Source of the DNA: Pirellulales bacterium
GTDB taxonomy: Bacteria > Planctomycetota > Planctomycetia > Pirellulales > JAICIG01
Direction of reading: 5' to 3'
Length of the DNA stretch: 64,000 nt
Assembly: GCA_035531595.1 (NCBI GenBank)
Contig: DATKSN010000233.1
Coordinates: 4,414-68,413, forward strand
Shown: piece after piece, positions 53,412 to 63,802 of the stretch
How positions within the stretch are numbered: position 1 is the stretch's first letter
Layout: each line of letters begins with the position of its first letter
The notes under the pieces: model-generated
The model's input: only the letters and a program-made list of their open reading frames with translations
Databases searched by the model: none
What the model was told of the DNA's origin: nothing
Program-made: the position numbers and the translations under genes

Positions 53412-54638
53412 TTAATCGCATGCGAGTTGATCCCAGTCGATCGGTCGGTCCTTGTCGATTCGCGGCAGGTCAACGGCCATCGCCTCGGGGTACTTCTGCG
53501 CGGCGCCGGTGTTGAACACGACGACACGCTCGTTGGCAGCGATCCAGCCCTCGGCGGCGAGCCGTTCCAGCGCGCCGATGCAGGCGGCCGTTTCGGGACA
53601 GACGGAGATGCCTTCCAGACCGGCGCCCAAGTCCATCCACTGGCGGATGCGGCCCTCCTCGACGGCCACCGCCCGGCCGCCGCTGGCACGCACGGCGTCA
53701 AGGATCATGAAGTCGCCCACGGCGGCCGGCACGCGAATGCCGCTGGCAATGGTCTCCGCGCCGGGGAATGGTTCGGCGAAGCGCTGGCCGGAGTCGAACG
53801 CGCGCACAATCGGCGCGCATCCGGTTGACTGCACGGCCACCATTCTCGGCCGCCGCTCGTCGGCGAGCCAACCGAGCCGCGCCAGTTCGTCGAAGGCCTT
53901 CCACATGCCGATCAGGCCGGTGCCGCCGCCGGTGGGATAAAGGATCACGTCGGGCAAGCGCCAGTCGAACTGCTCGGCCAGTTCCAGGCCCATCGTTTTC
54001 TTCCCCTCGATGCGGTAAGGCTCCTTGAGCGTCGACATGTCGAACCAGCCGAGCCGCTCTTTTCCCTCGCGGACGATCCGGCCGCAGTCGGTGATCAGGC
54101 CGTTGACCAGAAAGGTTTTGGCGCCCGCCAGGCGGCACTCATACTGATTGATCGCCGGCGTGTCGGCGGGCATGAAGACGTAAGCCTCCATCTCGGCGCG
54201 CGCGGCGTAGGCGGCCATCGCCCCGCCCGCGTTTCCCGCCGTGGGGATCGCCACGCGCCGCGTGCCGAACCCTCGGGCCATCGTGATCGCCATCGCCAGG
54301 CCGCGGCTCTTGAAGCTGCCGGTGGGCAACCGCGATTCATCCTTGATCCACACGTCGTCGAGATTGAATCGCCGGCCCAGGCGCGGACAGGGAATCAAAG
54401 GAGTCATTGTCTCGCCCAGCGAAACGACCGCCTGATCTTGAGCCGGCGGCAGAAGCTCGCGGTAGCGCCACATTGTCGGCGGCCGGCGGGCCAGTTGCTC
54501 CTTGGTCAACGCTCGGCCCACGGCTTCGAGATCGTAGCGCACCCAGAGCGGCCGATCGCGGTGCAGGGTTTGCACCTGCCCAGCCGGCAGACGCGTACCG
54601 TCGAGCGCGCTTTCAAGGTGGGTGACGAAGGAAGTCAT
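53412..54638 (-). CDS. thrC: Threonine synthase
   Basis: PLP-lysine motif PTGSFKSRG, glycine-rich IPTAGNAGGA, YPTGGGTGLIG. Confidence 0.85.
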   Translation of the reverse strand: MTSFVTHLESALDGTRLPAGQVQTLHRDRPLWVRYDLEAVGRALTKEQLARRPPTMWRYRELLPPAQDQAVVSLGETMTPLIPCPRLGRRFNLDDVWIKDESRLPTGSFKSRGLAMAITMARGFGTRRVAIPTAGNAGGAMAAYAARAEMEAYVFMPADTPAINQYECRLAGAKTFLVNGLITDCGRIVREGKERLGWFDMSTLKEPYRIEGKKTMGLELAEQFDWRLPDVILYPTGGGTGLIGMWKAFDELARLGWLADERRPRMVAVQSTGCAPIVRAFDSGQRFAEPFPGAETIASGIRVPAAVGDFMILDAVRASGGRAVAVEEGRIRQWMDLGAGLEGISVCPETAACIGALERLAAEGWIAANERVVVFNTGAAQKYPEAMAVDLPRIDKDRPIDWDQLACD

Positions 54639-54663
54639 TGGTCATTGGTGAGTGGTCATTACT

Positions 54664-55779
54664 TCACAACCCCTCGTTCAATCCATGCAAGTCGTCCGGC
54701 AGGAAATATCCGTTCTCGCGGATCAAGACGTCATCGAACCAGATTTCGCCGCCGCCCCAGTCGGGCGTTTGGATCAGCACCAGATCCCAGTGGACGCGGC
54801 TGCGGTTTCCGTTGTCGCACTCGTCGTAGGCGTTGCCGGGCGTGAGGTGGATCGAGCCGCCGATCTTTTCGTCGAACAACGTATCGAGCATGGGCTTGCG
54901 GACGCGGTTGTTGCAGCCGATCGACCACTCGCCGATGTACCGCGCCCCCTCGTCGGCATCGAGCACCTGGTTCAGTTTTCGCTCCTCGCCGGCGCAGGTC
55001 GCACGCACGATCTTCCCCTGGCGGAACTCGAACTCGATGTCCTGAAAAACCGTACCCTGGTAGCGCGACGGGGTGTTGTAGCGGATCGTGCCGTTGACGC
55101 TGTCGCGCACGGGGGCCGTGAAGACTTCGCCGTCGGGAATGTTCCGCTGCCCGTGGCAAGGCCGAACCGGCATGCCGCGAATCGAGAACGAAACGTCGCT
55201 GCCCGGCGCGACGATCCGCACGCGGTCGGCCGCCTCCATGCGGCGCACCAGCGGTTCTTGGTCGCGGCCCATTTGCGCGTAATCGGCCGTGCAGACCGAA
55301 AAGTAGAAATCAGCGAACCCCGCGCCGCTCATGTTGGCCGCCTGGGCCATCGAGTCGGTCGGGTAGCGGAGCACCACCCAGCGGGTCAGCGGCACGCGCA
55401 CCTGGCTATGCACCGGGTGCCACCAAAGCCGCTGGTAGATGTCCATCTGCTCGATCGGCACGTCGGCGAACTCGCTGGAGTTGGCCGCCCCGCGGATGCC
55501 GATGTAGCAATCCATCTCCTCCATCCGCGCCTTTTCGAAATCGCCCGCCAGGCCGATCGCCGTCTCGCTCCCGGTGCGGTAGATCGCCCGCAGCACCGTG
55601 TTGCTTTTCCAGGTCACCAGCGGATGGGCGCCGCGCTCGGCCGCCAACTCGACCAGCCGGCAGACCAACGCCGGGTCGGGTAGATCGTAGGCCTCGATCA
55701 GCAGCTTTTCGCCCGCCTTGAGCTGGCAACTGTGGTCGATCAGGATCTCCGCGAGACGGTTCAAACGAGGGTCGGACAT
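54664..55779 (-). CDS. M29-family aminopeptidase (AmpS/PepS-like)
   Basis: Start at ATG 55779 (MSDPRLNRLAEILIDHSCQLKAGEKLLI). The C-terminal part has GGSIHLTPGNAY...VHWDLV. Confidence 0.8.
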   Translation of the reverse strand: MSDPRLNRLAEILIDHSCQLKAGEKLLIEAYDLPDPALVCRLVELAAERGAHPLVTWKSNTVLRAIYRTGSETAIGLAGDFEKARMEEMDCYIGIRGAANSSEFADVPIEQMDIYQRLWWHPVHSQVRVPLTRWVVLRYPTDSMAQAANMSGAGFADFYFSVCTADYAQMGRDQEPLVRRMEAADRVRIVAPGSDVSFSIRGMPVRPCHGQRNIPDGEVFTAPVRDSVNGTIRYNTPSRYQGTVFQDIEFEFRQGKIVRATCAGEERKLNQVLDADEGARYIGEWSIGCNNRVRKPMLDTLFDEKIGGSIHLTPGNAYDECDNGNRSRVHWDLVLIQTPDWGGGEIWFDDVLIRENGYFLPDDLHGLNEGL

Positions 55780-55939
55780 GGAGGCTCCGTCGAGTTGGCG
55801 GTGGCGAGGCAATCAGGCCATGATAGGGTATGGGCCGCGTTTGAAGAAGACCTTCATCCCTCACAACCCCTACCGCCGTCAATCTTCTTTGACCGGACGC
55901 CAGTCGTATCCTATAGAACTGCATAGGAATCGACTCCCC

Positions 55940-57385
55940 ATGGAAGACGTGTCTCCCACGACCGACGCCGACAGCCAACCGCGCGACGAGGTGCTTCGCA
56001 CCCTTGCGGCGCAACGCGCTCGGGCGCGGGATTTCGTCGCCGCGCAAGAGCGGCGGCTACGGCAGGCCGAGGCCGAACTGGCCAGGCAATTGGCGCTGAT
56101 CGGCGAGGAGTTGGCCTGCGACCAGCGTCACACCGCGCAAGGACAAACGCAGTTGGCGCAGGGGCGGAGCGAGGTTGCCGAAGGGCAAGCCGAACTCGCG
56201 CAGGGGCGGCGGCAGCTCGATTCCGCGCTGGCCAAGCTGCGCCAAGAAGAGCGCGAGCTGAGCCGGCTGCGGCGAGAACACGAAGCGGACGCCGGAGAAC
56301 TCGCGCGCCAGCGGCAAAGGTTGCAAGAGAAATCGGCGCAGGTCGAGCGCGCGGACGAGGCGCTCGCCGCCGAACGGCAAGCGACGAAAATCCAACGCCG
56401 GCGTATCGCGCAAGAATTCAAGGCGCAACGCGCGGCGCGCCTCAAGGATCTGGATCGCCGTCGCGACGAATGGAAAGCGGAACTCGACGGCCGGCGGCGG
56501 CAGTGCGAGGCGCTGGAACAGCAGCTTGCGGAGCGGGCGGCGGAGTTCGCCGTCGCCGAGCGCCGCCTGCAAGCGGCGGCCGACCAAGGCGAGTCGCTCC
56601 AACGGCGCCTGACGGAAGCCCTGGACGCGGCGGCCGCCGAACGCCGATCGTTCGAATCGAGGTTGACCGAAGCTCTCGAAGCGGCAAGCCGCGCGGCGGC
56701 GGCCGAGGGCGCGGCGGCCGAGGGCGCGGCGGTGGAAGCCGACGATCTGGCCGATATGAAGCGGCGCTACGAGATAGCCTTGGACGACCTTCGCGAACTG
56801 CGCCGGCGCTGCGCCGAGTTGGAACTGAAGCTGTCCGAAGTACCCAGGGCTTCGACCGCCGTCTTGGCGGGCGACGGCATGGACTGGGAAGCTCAGAAGC
56901 GGCGCATGCTGGCCGCCTGGGAGGCCAACGCGGAAGACGACGGCGACGAGCCCGTGCGAGAAGAACGCCTCAAGCTGCGCGCGGTGATCGCCGAGACCGA
57001 CGCCGCGATGGTCAAAAAAGAGCAAGAGCTGGAGGATCTGCGGCGGCTCTTGGCGGCCGCGTCGCCCAACGGCGGCCCAACGCCCGAGGCCGTCGCCGCG
57101 GTCGACGAACTGCTTTCCCACGACGAGACCGTCCGCACCGAACGCGAGCGACTCCAACTTTTGCAACTCGAATGGGAAGAAAAGCTTCGTCGGGCCGAGA
57201 TTGATCTTTCGGTCGAGCGCGCCAAGATGGCGCGCCAACGCGCCGACATTGAAGAACGCCACCGGCAGTTGCAAGAGCTTCAGGCCCAACGCGGCAACGA
57301 GCCGCCCGCCGCCGGCAAGGAAAAGAAACCACAGCGCGGCCGGTGGCTGGCCCGGCTGGGGCTGAAGGAAGAGGATTCGGGGTGA
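55940..57385 (+). CDS. Long coiled-coil protein (Ala/Glu/Arg/Leu/Gln-rich)
   Basis: Start at ATG 55940 (MEDVSPTTDAD). Heptad-like AELARQ/QAELAQGR repeats run throughout, with the basic tail KEKKPQRGRWLARLGL. Confidence 0.6.
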   Translation: MEDVSPTTDADSQPRDEVLRTLAAQRARARDFVAAQERRLRQAEAELARQLALIGEELACDQRHTAQGQTQLAQGRSEVAEGQAELAQGRRQLDSALAKLRQEERELSRLRREHEADAGELARQRQRLQEKSAQVERADEALAAERQATKIQRRRIAQEFKAQRAARLKDLDRRRDEWKAELDGRRRQCEALEQQLAERAAEFAVAERRLQAAADQGESLQRRLTEALDAAAAERRSFESRLTEALEAASRAAAAEGAAAEGAAVEADDLADMKRRYEIALDDLRELRRRCAELELKLSEVPRASTAVLAGDGMDWEAQKRRMLAAWEANAEDDGDEPVREERLKLRAVIAETDAAMVKKEQELEDLRRLLAAASPNGGPTPEAVAAVDELLSHDETVRTERERLQLLQLEWEEKLRRAEIDLSVERAKMARQRADIEERHRQLQELQAQRGNEPPAAGKEKKPQRGRWLARLGLKEEDSG

Positions 57386-57388
57386 CGA

Positions 57389-57847
57389 TCAGCCCGATCC
57401 CCCTTCATCCTGGAAATAAGCTTCCTGGATGACGGCCGTCTCGGTGGCGCTGTGCTCGTCGAGTTTTTCGAGCAAATCACGCAGCGTGTCGCAGGTCTTG
57501 GTGAAGGCGGTCAGATCGGTCGGCGCCAGGCGATCGAGTCGCGACACGATCTGGCGGACGGCCCGCCGGAAGCGCTCGTGGTCTTGCTTGAGGGCTTCGA
57601 CCCTCTCCGCCAGGCGCGGGCATGTTTCGACGACCTCATCCATGTACCCTTCGCATTCTTCGAGCGCCATCATGCGGTCCAGGTGCCGCTGTAACGATTG
57701 CGCGACGAACCGCAAGCTCGACAGGTGTCGCGAGAAATCTCCGCCGTCGACTTTCCAATCGAGCGTGACCCGCAATGCGTTGCAAATATGCTTCAGCATC
57801 GCGTGCTCGACCATCGCCTGCTGTTCCACATAATGTGTTGGCATCAT
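57389..57847 (-). CDS. Hemerythrin-like (HHE) four-helix protein, tentative
   Basis: GGAGGTG RBS before ATGATG 57847. His/Glu pairs occur in helical spacing: VEHAMLKH, LQRHLDRMMALEE, LKQDHERF, LDEHSATETAV. Confidence 0.4.
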   Translation of the reverse strand: MMPTHYVEQQAMVEHAMLKHICNALRVTLDWKVDGGDFSRHLSSLRFVAQSLQRHLDRMMALEECEGYMDEVVETCPRLAERVEALKQDHERFRRAVRQIVSRLDRLAPTDLTAFTKTCDTLRDLLEKLDEHSATETAVIQEAYFQDEGGSG

Positions 57848-58067
57848 TGCACCTCCTAGCCCGGTAGGTATTCTACCGCCGGATCGCGCGGTTAGCACCC
57901 ATCGCCTCGCTCGTCGAAGATGAGAAAGGCTCGACAAGAACAGGACTTACGACGACGCGACGACCGTCGTTCGCTTCGCCGGACACTTGGTGAAATGACC
58001 CAACGAGGGCGCTCCCTACCTACAGATGCCGTTGCGCCGGCAATCTTCGCCGTGCCGCGCAGCGACG

Positions 58068-58096
58068 TTGAAAAAAAGCCGGGACCAACGCATAAT
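58068..58096 (+). promoter_or_regulatory. Sigma70-like promoter (TTGAAA - 17 nt - CATAAT) upstream of tgt
   Basis: -35 at 58068-58073 and -10 at 58091-58096, about 50 nt before the tgt start. Confidence 0.4.
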
Positions 58097-58147
58097 GGCA
58101 AGGCTGACGAGAGGGCAACGGTTGGACCTTGAACGACTCTTGATCCG

Positions 58148-59269
58148 GTGTCATTTACCTTCACGCTCCACCACCACGACCCGGCCAGCCAGGCGCGGCG
58201 AGGCACGTTCCACACGCCTCATGGGCCGGTGGAGACTCCGGCGTTCATGCCCGTCGGCACGCAGGGCGCCGTCAAAGGCGTGACCTTCGACCAAATCCGC
58301 GCGACGGGCGCGGCGATGGTGCTGGCCAATACCTATCACTTGACGTTGCGGCCGGGCGAGAAAATCGTCGAAGCCTTGGGTGGCCTGCACGCCTTCATGC
58401 ACTGGGACGGGCCCATCTTGACCGACAGCGGCGGCTTTCAACTCTACAGCCTGGCCCAACTGACCCAGATCGGTGACGATGCGGCCGTGTTCTGCTCGCA
58501 TATCGACGGCCGTGCCTTGAGCTTGTCGCCCGAACGGGCCATCGCCATTCAGGAGTCGTTGGGTAGCGACGTGGCGATGGTTTTGGATCATGTCGTACCC
58601 TTGCCCAGCCCCGCGGACGTGGTGCGCGACGCGGTCGAACGTACCGTCCGCTGGGCCGAACGAAGCAAGAACGCCGCTCGGCGGAGCGACCAAACCCTCT
58701 TTGGCATCGTCCAAGGGGGGCTGGACGAAGCGCTGCGCGTTTCGTGTGGCCGGCGACTGGTGGCCCTCGACTTCGCGGGCTACGCGGTGGGCGGGCTGAG
58801 CGTCGGCGAAACGCCCGAGCAGATGTACCGCGCGCTCGAATTCACCGTGCCCGTACTGCCCGCCGACAAGCCCCGCTACCTGATGGGCGTCGGGAGGCCG
58901 CAAGACCTGCTGGAGGCCGTCCACAGAGGTATCGACCTGTTCGACTGCGTCATGCCGACTCGCAACGGACGCAACGCTTTGGCCTTTACCGACCACGGCC
59001 GGCTACGTTTGCGAAATCAGCAGTTCGAGCGCGACGAGCGGCCGCTCGAAGCCGATTGTCCCTGCCTGGCCTGCCGCCACAGCCGCGGCTACCTGCGGCA
59101 CCTGTTCATGGCCCGCGAAATGCTGGGGCCGATCCTGCTCTCGATTCACAACCTGACCTTCTACCAGCGGCTGCTCGCAGCCACCCGGCAAGCGATTGCC
59201 GCGGGCCGTTTCGGAGAATTCAAAATGGGTAAACTGGCGGCGTGGGAGGGGGAAATGTACAACGGCTAG
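58148..59269 (+). CDS. tgt: tRNA-guanine transglycosylase
   Basis: [29 protein letters not shown] and the zinc site CxCxxC ([16 protein letters not shown]). The TAG stop lies inside the MITE TIR. Confidence 0.95.
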   Translation: MSFTFTLHHHDPASQARRGTFHTPHGPVETPAFMPVGTQGAVKGVTFDQIRATGAAMVLANTYHLTLRPGEKIVEALGGLHAFMHWDGPILTDSGGFQLYSLAQLTQIGDDAAVFCSHIDGRALSLSPERAIAIQESLGSDVAMVLDHVVPLPSPADVVRDAVERTVRWAERSKNAARRSDQTLFGIVQGGLDEALRVSCGRRLVALDFAGYAVGGLSVGETPEQMYRALEFTVPVLPADKPRYLMGVGRPQDLLEAVHRGIDLFDCVMPTRNGRNALAFTDHGRLRLRNQQFERDERPLEADCPCLACRHSRGYLRHLFMAREMLGPILLSIHNLTFYQRLLAATRQAIAAGRFGEFKMGKLAAWEGEMYNG

Positions 59270-59380
59270 CCCGGATTATTCATGGTCCGGGGAGGAACTC
59301 ACACACTGTGCTGTAGCAGAATTCGCAAGAATTCTGGCGTAGCTCGCGTCCACGGCCTGACTTCTTGCGAAGCCAGCTAC
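59266..59380 (+). mobile_element. CTAG-TIR MITE-like element, copy 3 (no right TIR)
   Basis: ctagcccggattattcatggtccggggaggaactcacacactgtgctgtagcagaattcgcaagaattctggcgtagctcgcgtccacggcctgacttcttgcgaagccagctac. Confidence 0.8.
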
Positions 59381-59553
59381 GGGACTTGCCCGTTACGCCG
59401 CTTCATCTTATGATACGCGGCGACACGCGTTGGCCGCTCGGCTCGAGGCGCGCGAGCGCCGTCGGGCCGTTTATGTTCGCACCGGTCGCGAGGTTGCGGC
59501 CGGTGTGGAAATCCGCCTTCGGGGCGGTTCAGGGGGGATTCGTCGTGGATTTC

Positions 59554-59925
59554 ATGCTGACAACGAGCTGTTGCCTGTTGGCGCAGGCGGCGGACGGGCC
59601 GCCCAACCCGTGGCAAGGGCTGCAGTTGCCCATGATGGCGCTGATGGTCTTCGCGATGTACATCTTCATCGTGCAACAACCCAGGGCCAAGCGCGAGCAA
59701 CAGACGCGGCAGCAGATGCTGAAGAACCTGAAGAAGAACGACCATGTGCTGACGACCGGAGGCATTTACGGCGTGGTGACCCAAGTGCAGTTCGACGCCG
59801 ACGAAGTGACCATTCGGGTCGACGATGCGTCGAACACGCGGCTGCGAATGACGTTAAGTTCCATCGCCCGCGTGTTGGGCGACGACCCGGCGGGCGACAA
59901 AGAACCTAAGAAAGAAACGAAATGA
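59554..59925 (+). CDS. yajC: Preprotein translocase subunit YajC
   Basis: One TM segment (PMMALMVFAMYIFIV), then QQPRAKREQQ...LKKNDHVLTTGGIYGVV. Confidence 0.8.
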   Translation: MLTTSCCLLAQAADGPPNPWQGLQLPMMALMVFAMYIFIVQQPRAKREQQTRQQMLKNLKKNDHVLTTGGIYGVVTQVQFDADEVTIRVDDASNTRLRMTLSSIARVLGDDPAGDKEPKKETK

Positions 59926-62900
59926 CCAAGTCGGCATCGCAAAGCGGATGGCGCTCGGGGTTCGTCACGGCGGCAACATGGTTGGCGCTGTCGGCCCTTG
60001 TATGGACCTGGACGGGGCCGGCCGCCGCATGGGCGCCGGGCGACGATACACCCGCCACCGCGGAACGCGCGGCTGAGCAAGATAACCCAACCGATGCGTC
60101 GGCCCCGACGAACGGGTCGGCCTCAACCGATGGGACGGCGCCAACGAACGGGTCGGACCCAACCGATGGGTCGGCAAACGCCGCGACCGGTTCCCAAGGC
60201 GCGTCAAAGCCGAAGGGCAACAGCGGCCGCGTGTTGTCGATCGTGGCGCTGGTGGCGGCGATCTTCATCATCCCGATGTTGCTGGGCAACTTCCTGAGCA
60301 AGAAGTTGAGGATGCCCGATCACGGCACGCGGATTTCCATCGTGTTGTTCGCGATCATCGCTTCGGTCGCGGCGACCCTGGGCGGTTGGCCACCCAAGCT
60401 CGGCATCGACTTGGGGGGCGGCGCGATCCTGGTCTACGAGGTGAAGGACAAAAGCTTCAAGGAAATGGACAAGCTGGTCGGCGCCGTCCTCAAACGCGTC
60501 AACCCCGACGGCCTCAAGGAGGTGAATGTTCGCCCTTATGGCGAGCACGAAATCGAAATCATCATTCCCATGGCCGACGAGGCCGAACTGGCGCGGATGC
60601 AGAACATCATCAGCCAGCAGGGAACGCTCGAGTTTCGCATCGTGGCCGACGCCCAGTTCCGTGAGGATGAAGAGATCATCAACCTGGCCAAGGACGACCA
60701 GTTCAAGGACGAAAAAGACGTCATCGACGCCGACAAGGACGGCGCGACGACCGTGGTCGCTCGCTGGGTGCCGGTCGTGCCCGACGAGGTCGGCTCGATC
60801 GTGTCGCAGCGCGGCCATCCGGTTCGCGAGAACAAAAAGGGCGAGACGGAAGTGCTGGTGCTGATCGACAAGCAGAATGTGACCGGCGAATTCTTGACCA
60901 GCGCCACGGCCGGCAACGACGAAAACGCCCAGCCCTGCGTGCATTTCCGCTTCAACCCGGCGGGGGCCAAGCGGTTCGGCCGGCTGACCTCGAACAACCT
61001 GCCTAACCCGATCGACGAAAAGCAGGCCCATAAGCTGGCCATCATTCTCGACGGCCGCTTGCACTCGGCCCCCTTCATTCGCAGCCGCATCGACGAGTTG
61101 GGGCAGATCACCGGCCGCTTCACCGCCGAAGAGGTCGGGCGGTTGGCCGACGTGCTCACCGCCGGCAGCCTGCCGACCACGCTCCGCGAGGAGCCGACCA
61201 GCAGCATGCACATCGGGGCGACGCTGGGCGAGGACACGAAAACCAAGGGCGTCTGGTCGATGATCTGGTCGACCGTGGCCGTCGTGATCTTCATGGTGTT
61301 CTATTATCGCTTCGCCGGCATCGTGGCCAACCTGGCCTTGCTGTTGAACGTGTTGTTGATCGTGGCCTTCATGATCCTGTTCAACGCGGCCTTCACCTTG
61401 TCGGGCCTGGCCGGCCTGGCCCTGACCGTGGGCATGGCCGTCGACGCCAACGTGCTCATTTACGAACGGATGCGCGAGGAGATCTCGCGCGGCGCCACGT
61501 TGCGGATGGCCATCCGCAACGGCTTCGAACGCGCGACGACGACGATCGTCGACGCCAACGTGACGACCCTGATTTCGGCCGTCGTGCTCTGGTTCATCGG
61601 CACCGATCAGGTCAAGGGTTTCGCCGTGACCTTGATTCTGGGGATCGTCATGAACCTGTTCACCGCGATCACCTTCACGCGGCTGATCTTCGACATCGCC
61701 GAAAAACACCGCTGGATCAAGCAGCTCAAGATGTTGAGGGTCATGGAGAAACCCAACTTCGACTTCATCGGCAAGCGCAAGCTGGCCATCAGTTTTTCGC
61801 TGCTTCTGATCGGCGCCGGGCTGGTGGGCGTATTCCTGCGCGGCCGCGGCTTATTGGACATCGACTTTACCGGCGGCGTTTCGGTGCAAGTGCTGTTCGA
61901 GAAGAAACAGGAAATCGGGTACATCCGCGACCGGGTGAACGACTTGCCGGACGTGACCGTGCAATCGGTCGACTTGGGCGACGAGGAGAAAGGGCATCGT
62001 TTCCTGATCGTGACGTCGATGTCGGAAATCGACGAGTCGAATCCACCGCCGAGCGGCCCGAAAACGAACATCACCCTGGTGGAGCGGACGCTCAAGGATG
62101 TTTTCAACGACGCCGACCATCGGCTGGCGTTCAATCACTTGACGTGGAGCGGCCTGGCGCCGCACGGTGGGTTGAAACCGGCGACCGAAGCCAAGCCCCC
62201 CGACGATGCCAACCCTCCGGAAGCCGACGGCGCCGACGCGGGGCGAGCGGGGGGCGTTAGCCCCCTGTTGGCGGCGGCGTTGGACCCAGATGCCGACGCG
62301 GGGCGAGCGGGGGACGTTAGCCCCCTGTTGGTGGCGGCTGGATCCAACCAGGACGACGCCGCGACCATCGACGAATCGCCTTTGGAAAAAACCAAGCCTG
62401 CGAATCAGGCGGGCAGTCCGGCGACCAAGAAGGCCGGCGCGAAGCGAGATCTCTACGCCGGCGGCACGGTGGTGACGCTCACGTTTGCCGACGGCGACCC
62501 TGATGACGCGACAACCAAGCCCACGCAAGTCAATCACGACACTTTGAGCGGAGAGATCAAGCGAGCGCTCGTCGCCGGCGGCTTTTCGGAAAACGTCGCG
62601 TTCAAGTTGGACAACCCCGAGTATGAAGCTGGCAGCGACAAGCGTTTCGCCCAGTGGACGTTGACGATCGGGCTGACGGGCGAGCCGACCGAGTCGTTGC
62701 TCAAAGAGATCAAGCGGAAGCTGGCTCAGGAGCCGTTCTTCCCCTCGTCGAACCGAGTGGGCGCGAGCGTGGCGTTCAACACCCAGGCCCAGGCCACCTT
62801 CGCGCTCCTGGCCAGCCTGGTGATGATCGTGCTCTACGTCTGGATCCGCTTTCAGCAGGTGAGCTTCGGCTTCGCCGCGGTGTTGGCCTTGGTGCATGAC

Positions 62901-63386
62901 GTGCTGGTGGCCCTGGGCGCGTTGGCGCTGAGTTACTGGCTGGCCAACTTGCCGTTCATGGACAAATTGCTGATCGAGCCGTTCAAGATCAACCTGCCGA
63001 TCATCGCCGCTTTCCTGACGATCATCGGCTACTCGATCAACGACACGATCGTGATTTTCGACCGCATCCGCGAGATTCGCGGCAAGAGCCCCGAGTTGGG
63101 TCCCGACCTGGTCAACCGCTGCGTGAACGAGACCTTGAGCCGGACCTTGCTCACTTCGTTGACGGTGTTCATCGTGGTCTTGATTCTGTACATCTTCGGC
63201 GGGCTGGGCATCCACGGCTTCGCCTTCACTTTGGTCATCGGCACGATCAGCGGCACCTACAGCACGGTCTACATCGCCACGCCGGTGTTGATCTGGATGA
63301 ACAAGTCGAAGGTGCGCGGCGGCGGCGCCGCCGGCGGTTCGATGGCAAAGCCCAAGCCGCCCGTCCCCTCGGCCACTGGAAGCTGA
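59922..63386 (+). CDS. secDF: Fused protein-export membrane protein SecD/SecF
   Basis: ATGA overlap with yajC. SecD signatures: LGIDLGGG and GLALTVGMAVDANVLIYERMREE. SecF signatures: IGYSINDTIVIFDRIRE and LSRTLLTSLT. It has a Pro/Thr/Asp-rich N-terminus and an expanded periplasmic insert. Confidence 0.9.
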   Translation: MTKSASQSGWRSGFVTAATWLALSALVWTWTGPAAAWAPGDDTPATAERAAEQDNPTDASAPTNGSASTDGTAPTNGSDPTDGSANAATGSQGASKPKGNSGRVLSIVALVAAIFIIPMLLGNFLSKKLRMPDHGTRISIVLFAIIASVAATLGGWPPKLGIDLGGGAILVYEVKDKSFKEMDKLVGAVLKRVNPDGLKEVNVRPYGEHEIEIIIPMADEAELARMQNIISQQGTLEFRIVADAQFREDEEIINLAKDDQFKDEKDVIDADKDGATTVVARWVPVVPDEVGSIVSQRGHPVRENKKGETEVLVLIDKQNVTGEFLTSATAGNDENAQPCVHFRFNPAGAKRFGRLTSNNLPNPIDEKQAHKLAIILDGRLHSAPFIRSRIDELGQITGRFTAEEVGRLADVLTAGSLPTTLREEPTSSMHIGATLGEDTKTKGVWSMIWSTVAVVIFMVFYYRFAGIVANLALLLNVLLIVAFMILFNAAFTLSGLAGLALTVGMAVDANVLIYERMREEISRGATLRMAIRNGFERATTTIVDANVTTLISAVVLWFIGTDQVKGFAVTLILGIVMNLFTAITFTRLIFDIAEKHRWIKQLKMLRVMEKPNFDFIGKRKLAISFSLLLIGAGLVGVFLRGRGLLDIDFTGGVSVQVLFEKKQEIGYIRDRVNDLPDVTVQSVDLGDEEKGHRFLIVTSMSEIDESNPPPSGPKTNITLVERTLKDVFNDADHRLAFNHLTWSGLAPHGGLKPATEAKPPDDANPPEADGADAGRAGGVSPLLAAALDPDADAGRAGDVSPLLVAAGSNQDDAATIDESPLEKTKPANQAGSPATKKAGAKRDLYAGGTVVTLTFADGDPDDATTKPTQVNHDTLSGEIKRALVAGGFSENVAFKLDNPEYEAGSDKRFAQWTLTIGLTGEPTESLLKEIKRKLAQEPFFPSSNRVGASVAFNTQAQATFALLASLVMIVLYVWIRFQQVSFGFAAVLALVHDVLVALGALALSYWLANLPFMDKLLIEPFKINLPIIAAFLTIIGYSINDTIVIFDRIREIRGKSPELGPDLVNRCVNETLSRTLLTSLTVFIVVLILYIFGGLGIHGFAFTLVIGTISGTYSTVYIATPVLIWMNKSKVRGGGAAGGSMAKPKPPVPSATGS
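62232..62351 (+). repeat. 60-bp tandem duplication inside secDF (in frame)
   Basis: gccgacgcggggcgagcgggg(g/a)(g/c)gttagccccctgttgg... occurs twice, encoding DADAGRAGGVSPLLAAAL / DADAGRAGDVSPLLVAAG. Each unit contains a small hairpin (ggggc-gtta-gcccc). Confidence 0.85.
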
Positions 63387-63398
63387 TCGGATTCCTTT

Positions 63399-63466
63399 CC
63401 TTGTTCCCACGCTCCGCCGACCCACTGCGCGGGTATCCCGAACACATCTTCGGCCGCGCCGCGGCC
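63399..63466 (+). repeat. REP-like element, copy 5
   Basis: ccttgttcccacgctccgccgacccactgcgcgggtatcccgaacacatcttcggccgcgccgcggcc. Confidence 0.8.
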
Positions 63467-63662
63467 CGCGACGATCGTCGCGTGAACTGGCGCGGCAAGG
63501 CACCGGCGACGAATGCTTGAGCGTTGGCGAAGCGATAGGCGTTCTCAGAGTGATAGGGTGCCCGCTTCTGACGCAACCATAGCTTTTCCTGGGCGTGAAG
63601 ATGCGAAAGAATTGTGAAAAATATGAAAGGACGGAACGCGCGCCGGCCAGCATCGCTGGTTT

Positions 63663-63755
63663 GCCTTTGGCACCGCAGTCGGGATGAAAGCATTGGAACA
63701 CATTCTTCTCGAAGTTCACCGAGAACGAACGGTGATGGTCGCCGTGTTCGCCATG
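63663..63755 (-). pseudogene. CHC2 (primase-type) zinc-finger remnant
   Basis: The reverse-strand frame reads HGEHGDHHRSFSVNFEKNVFQCFHPDCGAKG, matching the CHC2 core (..H.e..pSFsVn.ek..f.CF..CGa.G). There is no start codon and no first Cys. The frame is otherwise part of a spurious antisense ORF. Confidence 0.4.
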
Positions 63756-63802
63756 GGCCAGGGCAAGCCGCGTACGAAACAGGGGTCGTGGTCCGCCCGA
63801 TC

